The notes beneath the pieces were generated by a model. It did not search any database, was not told where the DNA came from, and worked only from the letters and a program-made list of their open reading frames with translations. The position numbers and the translations under genes are program-made. This document shows positions 26,001-36,731 of a stretch of 64,000 nucleotides of DNA, piece after piece. Each line of letters opens with the position of its first letter. Position 1 is the stretch's first letter. This DNA is from Basidiobolus meristosporus CBS 931.73 (taxonomy: Eukaryota > Fungi > Basidiobolomycota): contig MCFE01000200.1 of NCBI GenBank assembly GCA_002104905.1, positions 62,001 through 126,000 of the forward strand. Direction: 5' to 3'.

Positions 26001-27473
26001 CTAAATGTTCATATTGACTAGTCCTAATTTTGACCTAAGATATTCAAACTTGTCTCTAGCTAATGGTTTGGTAAATATGTCTGCAATCATTTCATCTGTA
26101 GGACAGTAAACTAAGCTAACTAAGTGATTCTCTATAGCTTCACGTATGAAATGATGTCTAATATCTATGTGCTTGGTTCTAGCATGAAAAGTTGGATTTT
26201 TACCTAATTGTATACATCCTTGATTATCTTGAAATAAAGTAATAGGCATTTTTTGACATAGGCCTAAATCGGTAAACAGCTTTCTTAACCACATTGCTTC
26301 TTTTGTAGCTTCACAGGCTGCCATATACTCTGCCTCTGTGGTGGAAAGTGCTACGGTTGGTTGCTTTCTTGAATTCCATGATATTGCTCCTTTACAGTAA
26401 AGAAAGGTGTATCCTGTGGTGGATCTTCTGTCTTCTAAGTTACATCCCCAATCAGCATCAGAGTATCCCACAAGATCCTGTTCTGAATCCTTATAAGTAT
26501 ATCTTAAGCAGATATCAGCAGTTCCTTTTAGGTATCTAAAAATCCGCTTAACTGCTGCAATATGATCAGATCCATAATTCTGATTATGTTGGCTGACAAC
26601 TCCCACTGGATATGAGATATATGGACGTGTTCCAAGCATGATATACATCAGACTGCCGACCATAGATTGATAAGGAAAGTCAGGGCTTTCAGATGGCACC
26701 AAGCTCTCTTGATTTGGTTGAGTTTTGACCAAGTTAAGGTTTGTCTCCATTGGGGTAGCTGCCGGTTTACAGTCTTCCATTTTGTACTTCTTTAGTATAT
26801 CTTGAATATACTTGCATTGGCTTAGGGTAATAGTCTGGGTACTTCTGTCTATGGAGAACTTAATCCCTAAGTAGTAACTAAGTTCTCCTAGATCGGACAT
26901 CTTGAACTCCTTAGATAGGCTGGATTTAGTCTCTTCCAATGTTTCTAGGTTATTGGCGGCTATAATAAGATCATCCACATATAGAGCTAATAGAACTGGT
27001 TTTGCTCTATCTGGCTTATAGTATATACTATAGTCAGCATTACTCCTTTTGAAACTCAAAGATTCCAAATAAGAATCTATCTTGCAATTCCAGGCTCTTG
27101 GTGATTGTTTGAGACCATATAGTGACTTTTTAAGCTTGCAGACCAAATGGGGGTTATTTTGGTCAACAAACCCATCAGGCTGGTCCATATACACGTCCTC
27201 ATCAACTTCTCCATTCAAAAATGCAGTTTTTACATTCATTTGATGAATAAAAAACTTATATTTGGCTGCAATAGCCAATAATAATCTGATGGAATTAAAC
27301 TTGGCTACCGGTGCAAAGGTCTCAGTATAGTCAAGTCCTTTTGTTTGAGAGTATCCTTTGGCTACAAGTCTTGCTTTGTATCTTTCAATTGTACCATCAG
27401 CCTTGTATTTTGTCTTGAAGACCCATCTGCATCCAATTGATTTTTGGTTGATTGTAAATTGACTAAGTCCCAA
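26001..27473 (-). CDS. Copia pol, C-terminal part: reverse transcriptase and RNase H
   Basis: YKARLVAKGYSQ, LYGLKQSPRAW, LYVDD, GYSDADW, RTKHIDIRHHF, MIADIFTK. Confidence 0.92.
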   Translation of the reverse strand: MGLSQFTINQKSIGCRWVFKTKYKADGTIERYKARLVAKGYSQTKGLDYTETFAPVAKFNSIRLLLAIAAKYKFFIHQMNVKTAFLNGEVDEDVYMDQPDGFVDQNNPHLVCKLKKSLYGLKQSPRAWNCKIDSYLESLSFKRSNADYSIYYKPDRAKPVLLALYVDDLIIAANNLETLEETKSSLSKEFKMSDLGELSYYLGIKFSIDRSTQTITLSQCKYIQDILKKYKMEDCKPAATPMETNLNLVKTQPNQESLVPSESPDFPYQSMVGSLMYIMLGTRPYISYPVGVVSQHNQNYGSDHIAAVKRIFRYLKGTADICLRYTYKDSEQDLVGYSDADWGCNLEDRRSTTGYTFLYCKGAISWNSRKQPTVALSTTEAEYMAACEATKEAMWLRKLFTDLGLCQKMPITLFQDNQGCIQLGKNPTFHARTKHIDIRHHFIREAIENHLVSLVYCPTDEMIADIFTKPLARDKFEYLRSKLGLVNMNI

Positions 27474-29140
27474 GTTTGATTTTCCATTAGGGCCTGATAT
27501 TCCTCAGTCATTGCAGATCTCCAAAACTTTGTCTGAGGGCTATTTAGGGCCTCTTTTACAGTCTGGGGCTCATCAATATGGACTGAATAGGCATAGGCTA
27601 AGTTTGTACCCTCATTAATATAGTAATTTGGGCTATTTCTTGTCCAATTTGATCTCCAGGCATTTGATACTGGAATGATCACTTCTGGGATATTCCTGGG
27701 CACTGATTCTGGCTGAACCACGGTTGTAGAGTCCTCTGGAGTGAAAAAATTATCATTGTTTTGCTCTGATTCAATCCTGACAATTGGTGGACTTGAGATC
27801 AAATTTTCGTCATCATCTGATGTCATTTTTTGTGAAAATCTTGAATTTTCATCAAACAACACATCCCTGGACTTGATAAGCTTCTTTGCTTTGGTATTGT
27901 AGAGTCTGTATGCCTTACTCTCATTGCAGTAGCCCAAAAATATGCATTTTACACTTTTTGGCTCAAATTTTGACTGATTTCCGGCCAGTTTTTTGGCATA
28001 TGCTGTGCACCCAAATATTCTTAGATGTTCTGCACCTGGTCTGTATCCATACCATGCTTCAAATGGAGTAGAATCACAAAGTATTCTGTTATAACTCCTA
28101 TTTTTAAGGTATACAGCAGTGGCAACTGATTCTGCCCAAAAATCATAGGATAATTTTTGATCATGGATCATAGATCTTGCCATATCAATTATTGATCTGT
28201 TAGCTTGTTCTGCTACTCCATTTTGCTGTGGGGAGTATGGTACAGTAGTCTCTTGCTTTATCCCATGAATTTTGCAGAAGTGGATCAAGAGTTTTGAGGT
28301 ATATTCTCCACCATTGTCAGAGCGTATTTTCTTGATTTTTTCACCAGTTTCTCTCTCCACCATGGCTTTAAACTCCCTGAACTTAGACAGAGCTTCTTCC
28401 TTTCTCTCCATGAAGTAGACCCATGTGTATCTTGTATAATCATCAATAAAAGTGATTAAATACTTCATCCCACCTAAGGATAAATTTTGCATAGGTCCAC
28501 ACAGATCTGAGTGAATTAGATCTAATTTTTTCTTAGTTTTGATTAACCCAGAGCTCTTGAACGGTTGTCTGGCTTGTTTCCCATATATGCAGGCTTCACA
28601 GTGCTCCAAATTAGCTGGGGGATCAATTTTTACTCCAGAAATTAGCTGATCTTTGATCATTTTGCGCAAATAATCAAAATTGATGTGCCCAAATCTCCTG
28701 TGCCAAAGCATTGGTGTTTCTTCATTTAAGTTACTTATATTGGCTTCCAGATATGATGGAATATAAGTCAACTTGTATAGATTCTGATCTCTGATGCCCA
28801 AAGCAATATGAGCACCATTTTGATCAGTGATCCTGCATCCAGAATTGTCAAAACTGAAACTGAGTCCTTCTGCTGTGGCCTTGCTAACAGAGAGTAGGTT
28901 CTTGGCTATTTCTGGTACATAGAGTACTTCTTTAAAGGTCAGTGTATGGCTTCCTTTACTGCTTCTTAGGTTTACTTGGATAGTTCCTTCTCCCACAGCA
29001 TCAAGTGTTCTATTGTCACCCATGAAAACCTTCTTAATTGGTATTTCTTGATATTGGGTAAAAAGTTCTTTTTGGTGTGCAAAGTGTTGAGAAGCTCCAG
29101 AGTCAATATACCATGTCTGAGAATCCTTGTTTGTGGTCAT
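27362..29140 (-). CDS. Copia pol, N-terminal part: protease, GAG-pre-integrase, integrase (frameshift before RT)
   Basis: WYIDSGASQH, LWHRRFGH..CEAC, IHSDLCGP, IRSDNGGEY, PQQNGVAE. Confidence 0.9.
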   Translation of the reverse strand: MTTNKDSQTWYIDSGASQHFAHQKELFTQYQEIPIKKVFMGDNRTLDAVGEGTIQVNLRSSKGSHTLTFKEVLYVPEIAKNLLSVSKATAEGLSFSFDNSGCRITDQNGAHIALGIRDQNLYKLTYIPSYLEANISNLNEETPMLWHRRFGHINFDYLRKMIKDQLISGVKIDPPANLEHCEACIYGKQARQPFKSSGLIKTKKKLDLIHSDLCGPMQNLSLGGMKYLITFIDDYTRYTWVYFMERKEEALSKFREFKAMVERETGEKIKKIRSDNGGEYTSKLLIHFCKIHGIKQETTVPYSPQQNGVAEQANRSIIDMARSMIHDQKLSYDFWAESVATAVYLKNRSYNRILCDSTPFEAWYGYRPGAEHLRIFGCTAYAKKLAGNQSKFEPKSVKCIFLGYCNESKAYRLYNTKAKKLIKSRDVLFDENSRFSQKMTSDDDENLISSPPIVRIESEQNNDNFFTPEDSTTVVQPESVPRNIPEVIIPVSNAWRSNWTRNSPNYYINEGTNLAYAYSVHIDEPQTVKEALNSPQTKFWRSAMTEEYQALMENQTWDLVNLQSTKNQLDADGSSRQNTRLMVQLKDTKQDL

Positions 29141-31025
29141 ATTTAGTGCAGATATGAATAGTCTATCTTCAGTTGTTGCAGCATTTCCATATTCAGGCTT
29201 CTTTTGCTGATTATCTTTCTTTTTGAGACACCGGTCTGATGTGTGTCCTTTCCTTTTGCAGTAGTTGCAAAATAGGTTGCTGTTGCCTTTCTAGGGTCTT
29301 GGGTACCTACTTTGCTGGCTATCATTGCTTATTAAAGCATTTTCTTCTTCCTTCTTATTAGCACTTGATTTTCTTAATTCTTCATCCATGAGCCTTCCAT
29401 ATACATAATTTAAGGTCAAATCTTCAGTTCTGGACTCTAGGGCTGATACAAGGCCCTGAAACTCATCTGTCAGGCTATTCCAGATGGTAACTATCACATC
29501 CTCATCAGTAGTTGGTATGCCCACAGATTCCATCTCATCTACCAGCAGGGTAATTCTGTTAATTAGATTTTTCATTTCTTCTCCTGGCAGCATCTTTGCA
29601 GTAAAAATTTTTGTCTCAGATACATTTTCTTGGCAGCTGAACATGACTGGTAGGTGTCTTCCAATGCTTTCCAGGCATTCTTTGCCGTTTTTGCTCTTGA
29701 GCATTGAATTAGCAATTTGTCCTTGACATTAAGACAAATGCAGTTAAAGGCACTTTGTTCTTTCTTCTGGTACTTTAGGGCTTCCTCTCCCACGTTTTTA
29801 GGAGGGCATTCTTCTCCCATGACAATATCCCAAAGGCCTCTTTCTTGTAGCAGCATCTTCATCTTCACCTTCCACACTTGGTAGTTAGATCCATCCAACT
29901 TTTCAGCAGAGGGAAAAATTCCAGTAATAGCAGTAGTAGACATTGCAGAGAGTGACAGCTTGGGGCTCATAACCTATTGTAAGAGTTTTGGAGATATTGG
30001 AAGTGATTGGGAGAACAAGTAGATTATGTGGGTTTTCACTCAATGATTTATTGAATGTAAAAATAGTATTTATACTTTTACCTGGTCTTGGCATTACAAA
30101 CATGTAGAATAGGTTAAGGAAGGTCCCAAGAACATGTGTGCAAAGCTTGGGGCTGTTTGGACAACTTATCTAATTTTCATGTTCTGGGTAAATATTCTAA
30201 GTAAATCCCAACAAGGAATTTGGTCAGTATTCTCTAGGATTTGAGGGTAATGATCTAAGTGACTAAGTTAGGTGAATATTTAGGTGGAAATACAAATTTT
30301 TACAACATATACAAGTGTGATTACTCAATCTATAGTACAACAGATGCCTGTAGAGGAGCAGCTGGACAACAGCTTGCTTTGGCATTCAGCTCAAAAAACA
30401 CCACTAGATCTGAGAATGGTGAGGCTAAAAGTGCACACACTGATGATAACCATCTACTCTCCACTGACTCTGAAACAGGTAAGCAATTGAGGAGATATGT
30501 GGTGCAGCACACCACCCATAAAGTTCAAGTAGCTGAGACCGCAGCAACACACCACTTCAGGTAAAAGACCAGCAGATGGCCATCATAAAAGCACCACCGC
30601 TACTTGCAAGCATGATGACACCCTGTACCAAACCATCAGCAAGGCTATTGGGGGCAGCAGCCAATAGGATGGATGCAGTGGCCCAGAAAAATCAGGAATT
30701 GGTGCAGGGACCGGATGATGGGTGTAGAGCAAGTTGATATCCCAGGTGGAGAACACGGTCACTTTGCCGTAAAAATGAAGCTCGGCCAGCCATATGGTAC
30801 AGACCCAGATTGGCCAGTTTCCCAGTATGATAACAGAGGTGTATATTGTACAGTCTTTAAGGCACAACTACTCAAGGGAGGGCTGGCCATTTGACAGACA
30901 AGGGATTGAGCAGGTCAGTGAGGTTTCCCAAATAAGCTGAGATTTGATGAGGTGAGGTGGGGGATGGTGAGTAGGAGAGGTGGAGGCAGAGGGATGTGGG
31001 ATGAAAGAGTGGAGTGAAGGTGGGT

Positions 31026-32673
31026 TCAGTAACCATGCTCCCGGAGGATATCTTGAAGAGTGGCCCCAGTGCCGATGATCATGGCCAGGAAGCCAAACAC
31101 AACCAGTACCACGACAGCGACCTGGTCAGACCATCGGGGCTGGGTGAAGGAGCGGGTAGAGTGGGAGGAGGGGGCGACCAGGGGGGAATGCTCGGCAGGA
31201 CTCCCGAGGCCGGGGGACCTCCAGTAGAGGGAGATGTAGATGGCCGCGGGCATCAGGTAGGCCAGCCCGGAGGAGCAAACGGCCCCGATCAACTCGTACG
31301 TCTTCCCGAGGTCCCGGACGAGCACTGAGGTGACCACGCACAAGGAGAACAGGCCAAGAGTGGTGAAGAGGTGCTCCCTCCTGGTGGGCAGTTTCGTCTC
31401 AGTCTCGAAACCGAGCACGACGTTCCAGGTGGATCGGGCGGGGTAGAACTGAGGGGGAGGGGTTAGTCGGGAGGGGGATGGGGAGGGGGTGTAAGGAAGG
31501 GAATGGTCACTTACCATCATGGGGAATGTCAGTACCATGGTGATCACCATGCAGAGTCGGGCGAAGTTGATGTACGGGTCGGTGGGTGGGAAACTCTTGA
31601 AAATGTTGTCTTGAACCTGATCACCGAACGAGACGTACCCAACGATGGCGAACAGGAGGTAGCAGAAGAGGGATCCGGAGACCGCGTACCCGGTGACCCG
31701 AGACCACCTGGTGGAATTTGGCCTCGCCAGGCTAAGGTAGTTCATGAAAGCGACCGGGGTGGTGACATACGAGAATCCCATGATGCCTAGAACGAATCGG
31801 ACGGTTAGCGAACTTGCAGATATTCAGTCCTAGCCCTAGCCCTAGCCCTATCCCCAGCTCCAGCTCCACACCCTTACCTATAGCCGGGAATACGTTCTCG
31901 CCGAACCAATCGTACCGCGGGTGATGCTCCTTGGAATAGAGGGGAGCCCGCAGGGCGACGATCACCACCATGATCGGCAGGCAGATCACCGAGATGATCG
32001 ATAGCTTGGCCAACGAGCTCGGGGTGCGCCAGAAGCATATCGGAAGAACAAACAGCAAGGAGACGATCACGATCGTCCAGGCGCGACTCTGGAAGAGCCC
32101 CACGTGGGGGAAGTACACCTGGGCAAGCACGGGCAGGGTGTCTCCGATAACTAGGTCAAGGCAAAGGTGAGTGCGTGAAACGGAGGGGAGTCTCGAACCT
32201 GGACTACCAACTCATAAGATAGGTGATGGCGCTGCCGAAGCAATCCACCCAGTTGATGAAGTTCAGGAAGTGGAACCCGGCCTTGCCAAGGGAGTGCTCC
32301 GCGAGCAGGCCGTACTCGTATATGCCGGCCTTTCTGCCCGACCGGACCAGGAGGTTCAAGGAGAGGTGGGTGAGGTATGCCACGAAGGCCAGGAACAGGA
32401 TCCCCACGAAGAATCCCGCTTCCTTCAAGGCGAACGGAAGTCCGAAAATGCCGGAGCCGATGATGCAGTTCAGCAGGTTGAACGACACTACAGGGTCCAG
32501 TTAGTATTTCGCGCGATCCGACGACCATTGACTAGGCGGGGCTTACCTTCCGGGATGGTGGACGTTCCCGCTTCTTCTCGGCTCGTCTCGGGGACGCCCT
32601 CTTCGGCGAGGGCTCGCGAGGACTTTTGGGGCTCGTCGGTTGGGTCTATGGTGTGGTCGACATTTTCGGCCAT
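31026..32673 (-). CDS. Amino-acid transporter, Aa_trans/SLC38 (AVT2-like), multi-exon
   Basis: SFNLLNCIIGSGIFGLPFALKEAG motif, multiple hydrophobic segments, GT-AG introns (first 32546-32488). Start at MAENV is inferred. Confidence 0.85.
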
Positions 32674-33354
32674 TAGTAACTGCGAGGTGTCTTCGAAGTG
32701 GGCCCACAAGCGGTACTAGATTAGGACGAGGTCGGTTCGGGGACCTACTCGTGAGGATGGGAGAATTTTTCGGTGGCCATGATGACTGGTTGGGCGATAG
32801 GTGCCCACCAAACCTTATGGCCAATATCAGTGGGGGCATGTGATACGGCTGAGTAGCTGAAAATGGAAATTGGCTGTGAGTACCGCCATGCTCTCGTCCA
32901 GTGCTCGCAACAAGTGCACAATGTCTCTGGATGAGGGGCGATGCTGAAACATAGGTCAGAAAATGCCATGAGAGTATCGTACGAATTGGGCCCGTTCTTG
33001 ATGGGGAATATTGAACGGAATGGACATGCTCTCCGTGGCGCGTGTTTCTCTACTTTCGAGGAAAGGGCGACCGGGAGGGGTCTGCTGCCATCGGGGGATC
33101 GTATTGCCCAGGAACCCAGGTAAAACGAACAGCCATCAAATCTTAATTACCTTGGATTGCTACAAATGGCCCAGTCTAGATGAGATGGCCACATGCTGGC
33201 ATCCATCCACGATCTGGCCGCACTGGGACGGCGTTGCTTATGGACATCCCGAGGCCAAATAGGGCTCGTGCGGAGAAGGTCCCTCCGATCCAATATAAAA
33301 AGCCGACATCGCAAACCGAGCCCCGCCGTAACTCACGCCACCGGCCCACCCACC

Positions 33355-34365
33355 ATGACGAAAACGCTCTTCCAGATCCAAACCGCGCAGGAGATCTTCT
33401 ACCACGACCTGCACAACTGGCAGAGGGACCCGGTGATCCGGGGGAACCTGCTACTCTTCCCCAGCAGACCACTCTCCATCCGGCAGATACGGCTGCGCTT
33501 CGTCGGCCGGGTGCACATCAAGTACACCTACCAGAGATTTGAGAAGGTGCTGGTGGAGAAGATGTGGAACTTCCTTCCGGAGGACGGCCCGACCTACACG
33601 TTCGCCCCACAGGCCCACTCGATCGGGTTCCACTTCGAATTCCCCGGGGAGCTTCCCGAGTCGCTACAGGCCGCCCACGGTAGGATCGAGTACGCCCTCC
33701 ACGCCACAGCGATAACCTCGCTGTTCAAGGTGAACCTACACACCAAGAAGATCATCCCGGTGCGCAGGATCTTGGGGCCGATCCTGGGCGCCGATTACTC
33801 CACCCGCTGCCAAGGAAGCCGCCAGGGCCTGGTCGAATACGCAGTCAGCATCCCCACCCTTGAATACAGCCACGGGGATCACATCCAGGTGGATTTCAAG
33901 ATCCATCTGCCCCAGATGAAGGTCAAGCCCAAGTTCGTTGCGTGCGGTCTCCGCGAGCACACGGTCTACCGCATTCCAATGGACCAATGCAACACCCAGA
34001 AGTACTTCAAGGAGTCCTGGGTCATGGCCACCGTGGAGTCGTACCGGTCGGACGAGGCCGAGGTGTCACTCCACATGAGAGTCCCCCAGTCCCCGGAGGA
34101 GATCCACTGCAGCTACCGCTCCGAATACGTGGAGATCTCCCACTTCGTGTACGGGCAGATCCAGTTTCCCGGGGTCAATGTTCAGGTTGGCTTTCCAGTG
34201 TTGATCACGAATAAGATGGTCGCCACACCCGCATTGCCCCCCGCCTACTCAGACTCCCACCTCCAGCAGCCCCCCTCCTACCCCAGCATCCCGCTCATTG
34301 CACATACCACCAAGCCCACTCGCCGCATGTCCATACACAACCCCATTGCCATCCTGTCCCATTGA
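33355..34365 (+). CDS. Alpha-arrestin (arrestin-related trafficking adaptor)
   Basis: Arrestin_N-like FHFEFPGELPES...GRIEYALHA and C-terminal PY motifs LPPAY and PPSY. Start inferred at MTKTL. Confidence 0.85.
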   Translation: MTKTLFQIQTAQEIFYHDLHNWQRDPVIRGNLLLFPSRPLSIRQIRLRFVGRVHIKYTYQRFEKVLVEKMWNFLPEDGPTYTFAPQAHSIGFHFEFPGELPESLQAAHGRIEYALHATAITSLFKVNLHTKKIIPVRRILGPILGADYSTRCQGSRQGLVEYAVSIPTLEYSHGDHIQVDFKIHLPQMKVKPKFVACGLREHTVYRIPMDQCNTQKYFKESWVMATVESYRSDEAEVSLHMRVPQSPEEIHCSYRSEYVEISHFVYGQIQFPGVNVQVGFPVLITNKMVATPALPPAYSDSHLQQPPSYPSIPLIAHTTKPTRRMSIHNPIAILSH

Positions 34366-34606
34366 ACAGCCACTGTATATTCGTAGTTCGTTGTAATTAG
34401 TGTAAATTTGGTCGGGTGAATAAGCATCAATCAAAGCGTCCATGTCTAGAGTTCTTCCATTTATTTCGGCCATCCTGTGCCCAACATTAGACTGCGTCAA
34501 CCCGCGTGGTGTATTGTGGAGGAGGGAGAGGGGAGGGGAGGGTTCGGTCTCCCCGGTGTAAAAGCGACCCACCGATTGGAGGGCGAGGCACGACTGGACA
34601 AGAAGT

Positions 34607-36547
34607 CTAGACGTCGTCGTTGTGCTCGGCCCTTTGTTGCTTCATGAATTCGGTGACCGCGCCCTGGTAGAGCTCGTCGTTCAGGTTGCGCACCCGTTGG
34701 TAGTGGTCGTGGATACGAACCAGCTCGCCCTGAAGGTCGGTGATTTGGTCGCGCAGATGGTCCTGTGTTCCTTGGCGCTACAAAAATGGTCAACTCGTGG
34801 GCAACGAGAGCCGTCCAGATGTACCACCTACCTGTTGTGATTGCAATGTGGCGCGGGCGTGCTGCAGGTCCCGTTGATACGGAAGGTTCCACTCCTCGTA
34901 GCTAACACTCTTGTCAAGCGCCGCCATGTCCTGTGCAAAGGAAGAGGTGTTGGTCAATGGGGATGGGTGGCGAAGGTGGGCTCTTCGGAGACGACTTACC
35001 TCCTTCGCTCCAGGCAGGTACCGCAGAACCCCTTCGTCCAGTCTCGCTTCCTGGCTGGATTTCTGGATTCTCTTGAATGGTTGAATCGGGGTTGGAAGCA
35101 CGGTCGTGCCAGCCATAGTGTTCATAAGATCAGCCGGCTTAAGAATAACGGCCACGTTGGTAATCGGGCCTAGTGACGAATCGAAATAAAATCATCCGGT
35201 TACTATTGGTTCGATACGAGGAATGCAGTAATTTGCACCTTTGTGCTGGGTAAAGGATCGGAGCATCTGACGGCTGGTTACGTCCCAGACCATGGCAGAC
35301 CCATCCTCCGAGCCCGAGATGAGCAGAGTACCGTCAAATGATAAAGCGAGTGAGTGGGCAGGTTCTCTACGATGAACTGGGGTTAGAGAAGAGTCGACTG
35401 CTGCCCAGTAATCCCTCTACTTACGTGTGACCTTTGAAAAGGAGGCTTGACTCCCCATTGATTCCGGCACTGACCACTGTACCCATGCCTCCGACCGATT
35501 CGAATGAGCTGTGGCCTCGGTCGGCCTGGCTTTTGTACATGTTGACTTGGTAGATATTCGAATCACCCGTAGCAGCGAACACTCGGGTCTCAGTGATATC
35601 CATGGCAACCGCGGAGACAAAAGAGGGGAATAGCAGGGTAGTCAGCAGGCTTCCACTGGCCAAGTCCCACACCTGCAGCAGAGAAGGGTCAGTCGTTGTT
35701 GAGCAAGCCAGTTCGTGTCTCCGTCAGCAACTCACCTTGCATGTGTGGTCGAGGGAGGAGGTGACAACCCGAGCAAACTTGAGCCCACCGCTTCCGCAAT
35801 GGATGTCGGTGATTGGGAGGGAATGGTCCGACCAGGAGTAGAGAGGGGATCTGTTCTGAGCATTGCTCTCATCTATGATGCTTTCGAACGCCGGACGGTT
35901 ATCACGTGCACAAACCCAGGGGAAAGCCCAACGACACATACCTGTTCAACAACCAAACATTCACCGCAGAGTCCTCACTGCCGGTGAACAACACGGTATC
36001 GTCTTGGGAGAATCGCAGAACGGTGATCTTTTTGTAGTGGGCATCGAAGGTGCTCAGCAGATTTCCGGTGGATACCTAACCGAAGAAAACCCGGTCAACC
36101 ACGTGAGGGAGGGGGACCAACCCAACCTAAACGCCGCCACATACCTCCCATACGTAAATCTTTCCGCTTTCTGTCCCACCCACACAGAAGGTCCCCTTGT
36201 TTGTGGTGGCCAGGGTGGTGATTTTTTCGGGGAAGGGGAATTTCAGGTGGATTTGATCCTAGCATGCGGGAAAGGACAACAACGGTGAATCGCTGGTGAA
36301 GCAAAAAACAGGACAGGGTGGAGTCTCTTACTTTGGTCCAGCTGTACGCATGCATCAAGGCTTTGTCGTTCTGTGCCGAGAGGACCAACCCCGGACGCCC
36401 GTTGCCCAAGGGAGTGTTGGCCAGGGCCAAGGCGTGTGCATTGCAGGTGCTCTGCTTGAACGAACCCAATACCGTTCCGGACCGGATGTCCCACACGTAG
36501 ATGTGGGAATCGGTATTGGATGTGGTGATGGCCACTTCGGAGAACAT
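34607..36547 (-). CDS. IPI3: WD40 pre-rRNA processing protein IPI3/WDR18, multi-exon
   Basis: N-terminus MFSEVA...IYVWDIRSGTVLGSFKQS, WD repeats (WSDHSLPITD, VWDLASGSLL, FKGH), PIQPFKR and a C-terminal coiled coil in the spliced last exon. Confidence 0.8.
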
Positions 36548-36731
36548 AACTATCTAACTTTCGAAATTACCTTTGCCGTGGTAACTCCAACAGCGCATGT
36601 AGGAGCCCCGTTTTCATGACTGAATTTTTTTCTTTTTTTTGGATTCTCGATCAATCACCACACCATCCACCGCTGCCAATGCTACTCCCGATCCGACATA
36701 ATATGGAAATTTATTGAGAAATATCGACCAT

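Larger units (their letters stand above)
25642..30307 (-). mobile_element. Ty1/Copia element A, best preserved two-LTR copy (LTRs 25642-25990 and 29975-30307)
   Basis: TGTTG...CAACA LTR termini, PBS GGTTATGAGCCC, purine-rich tract next to the 3' LTR. gag is frameshifted. Flanks TTATA/TATAC do not form a 5-bp TSD. Confidence 0.95.

Noticed and set aside
25638-30311. 4-bp TATA 'TSD' around Copia A
   Set aside because: The family makes 5-bp TSDs (CTTTA, GTTAC); the 5-bp flanks differ, so chance, mutation or a recombinant element is more likely.
31828-31866. (CCCTAG)n telomere-like run; also AGGGCTAGGGTCAGGGTTAGGG at ~62605-62625
   Set aside because: Only 3-4 imperfect units; the first lies within an intron. 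Ordinary microsatellites.
34249-34572. 107-aa minus-strand ORF between IPI3 and the arrestin
   Set aside because: Overlaps the arrestin 3' end and lies in the IPI3 3' region; no recognisable motif.
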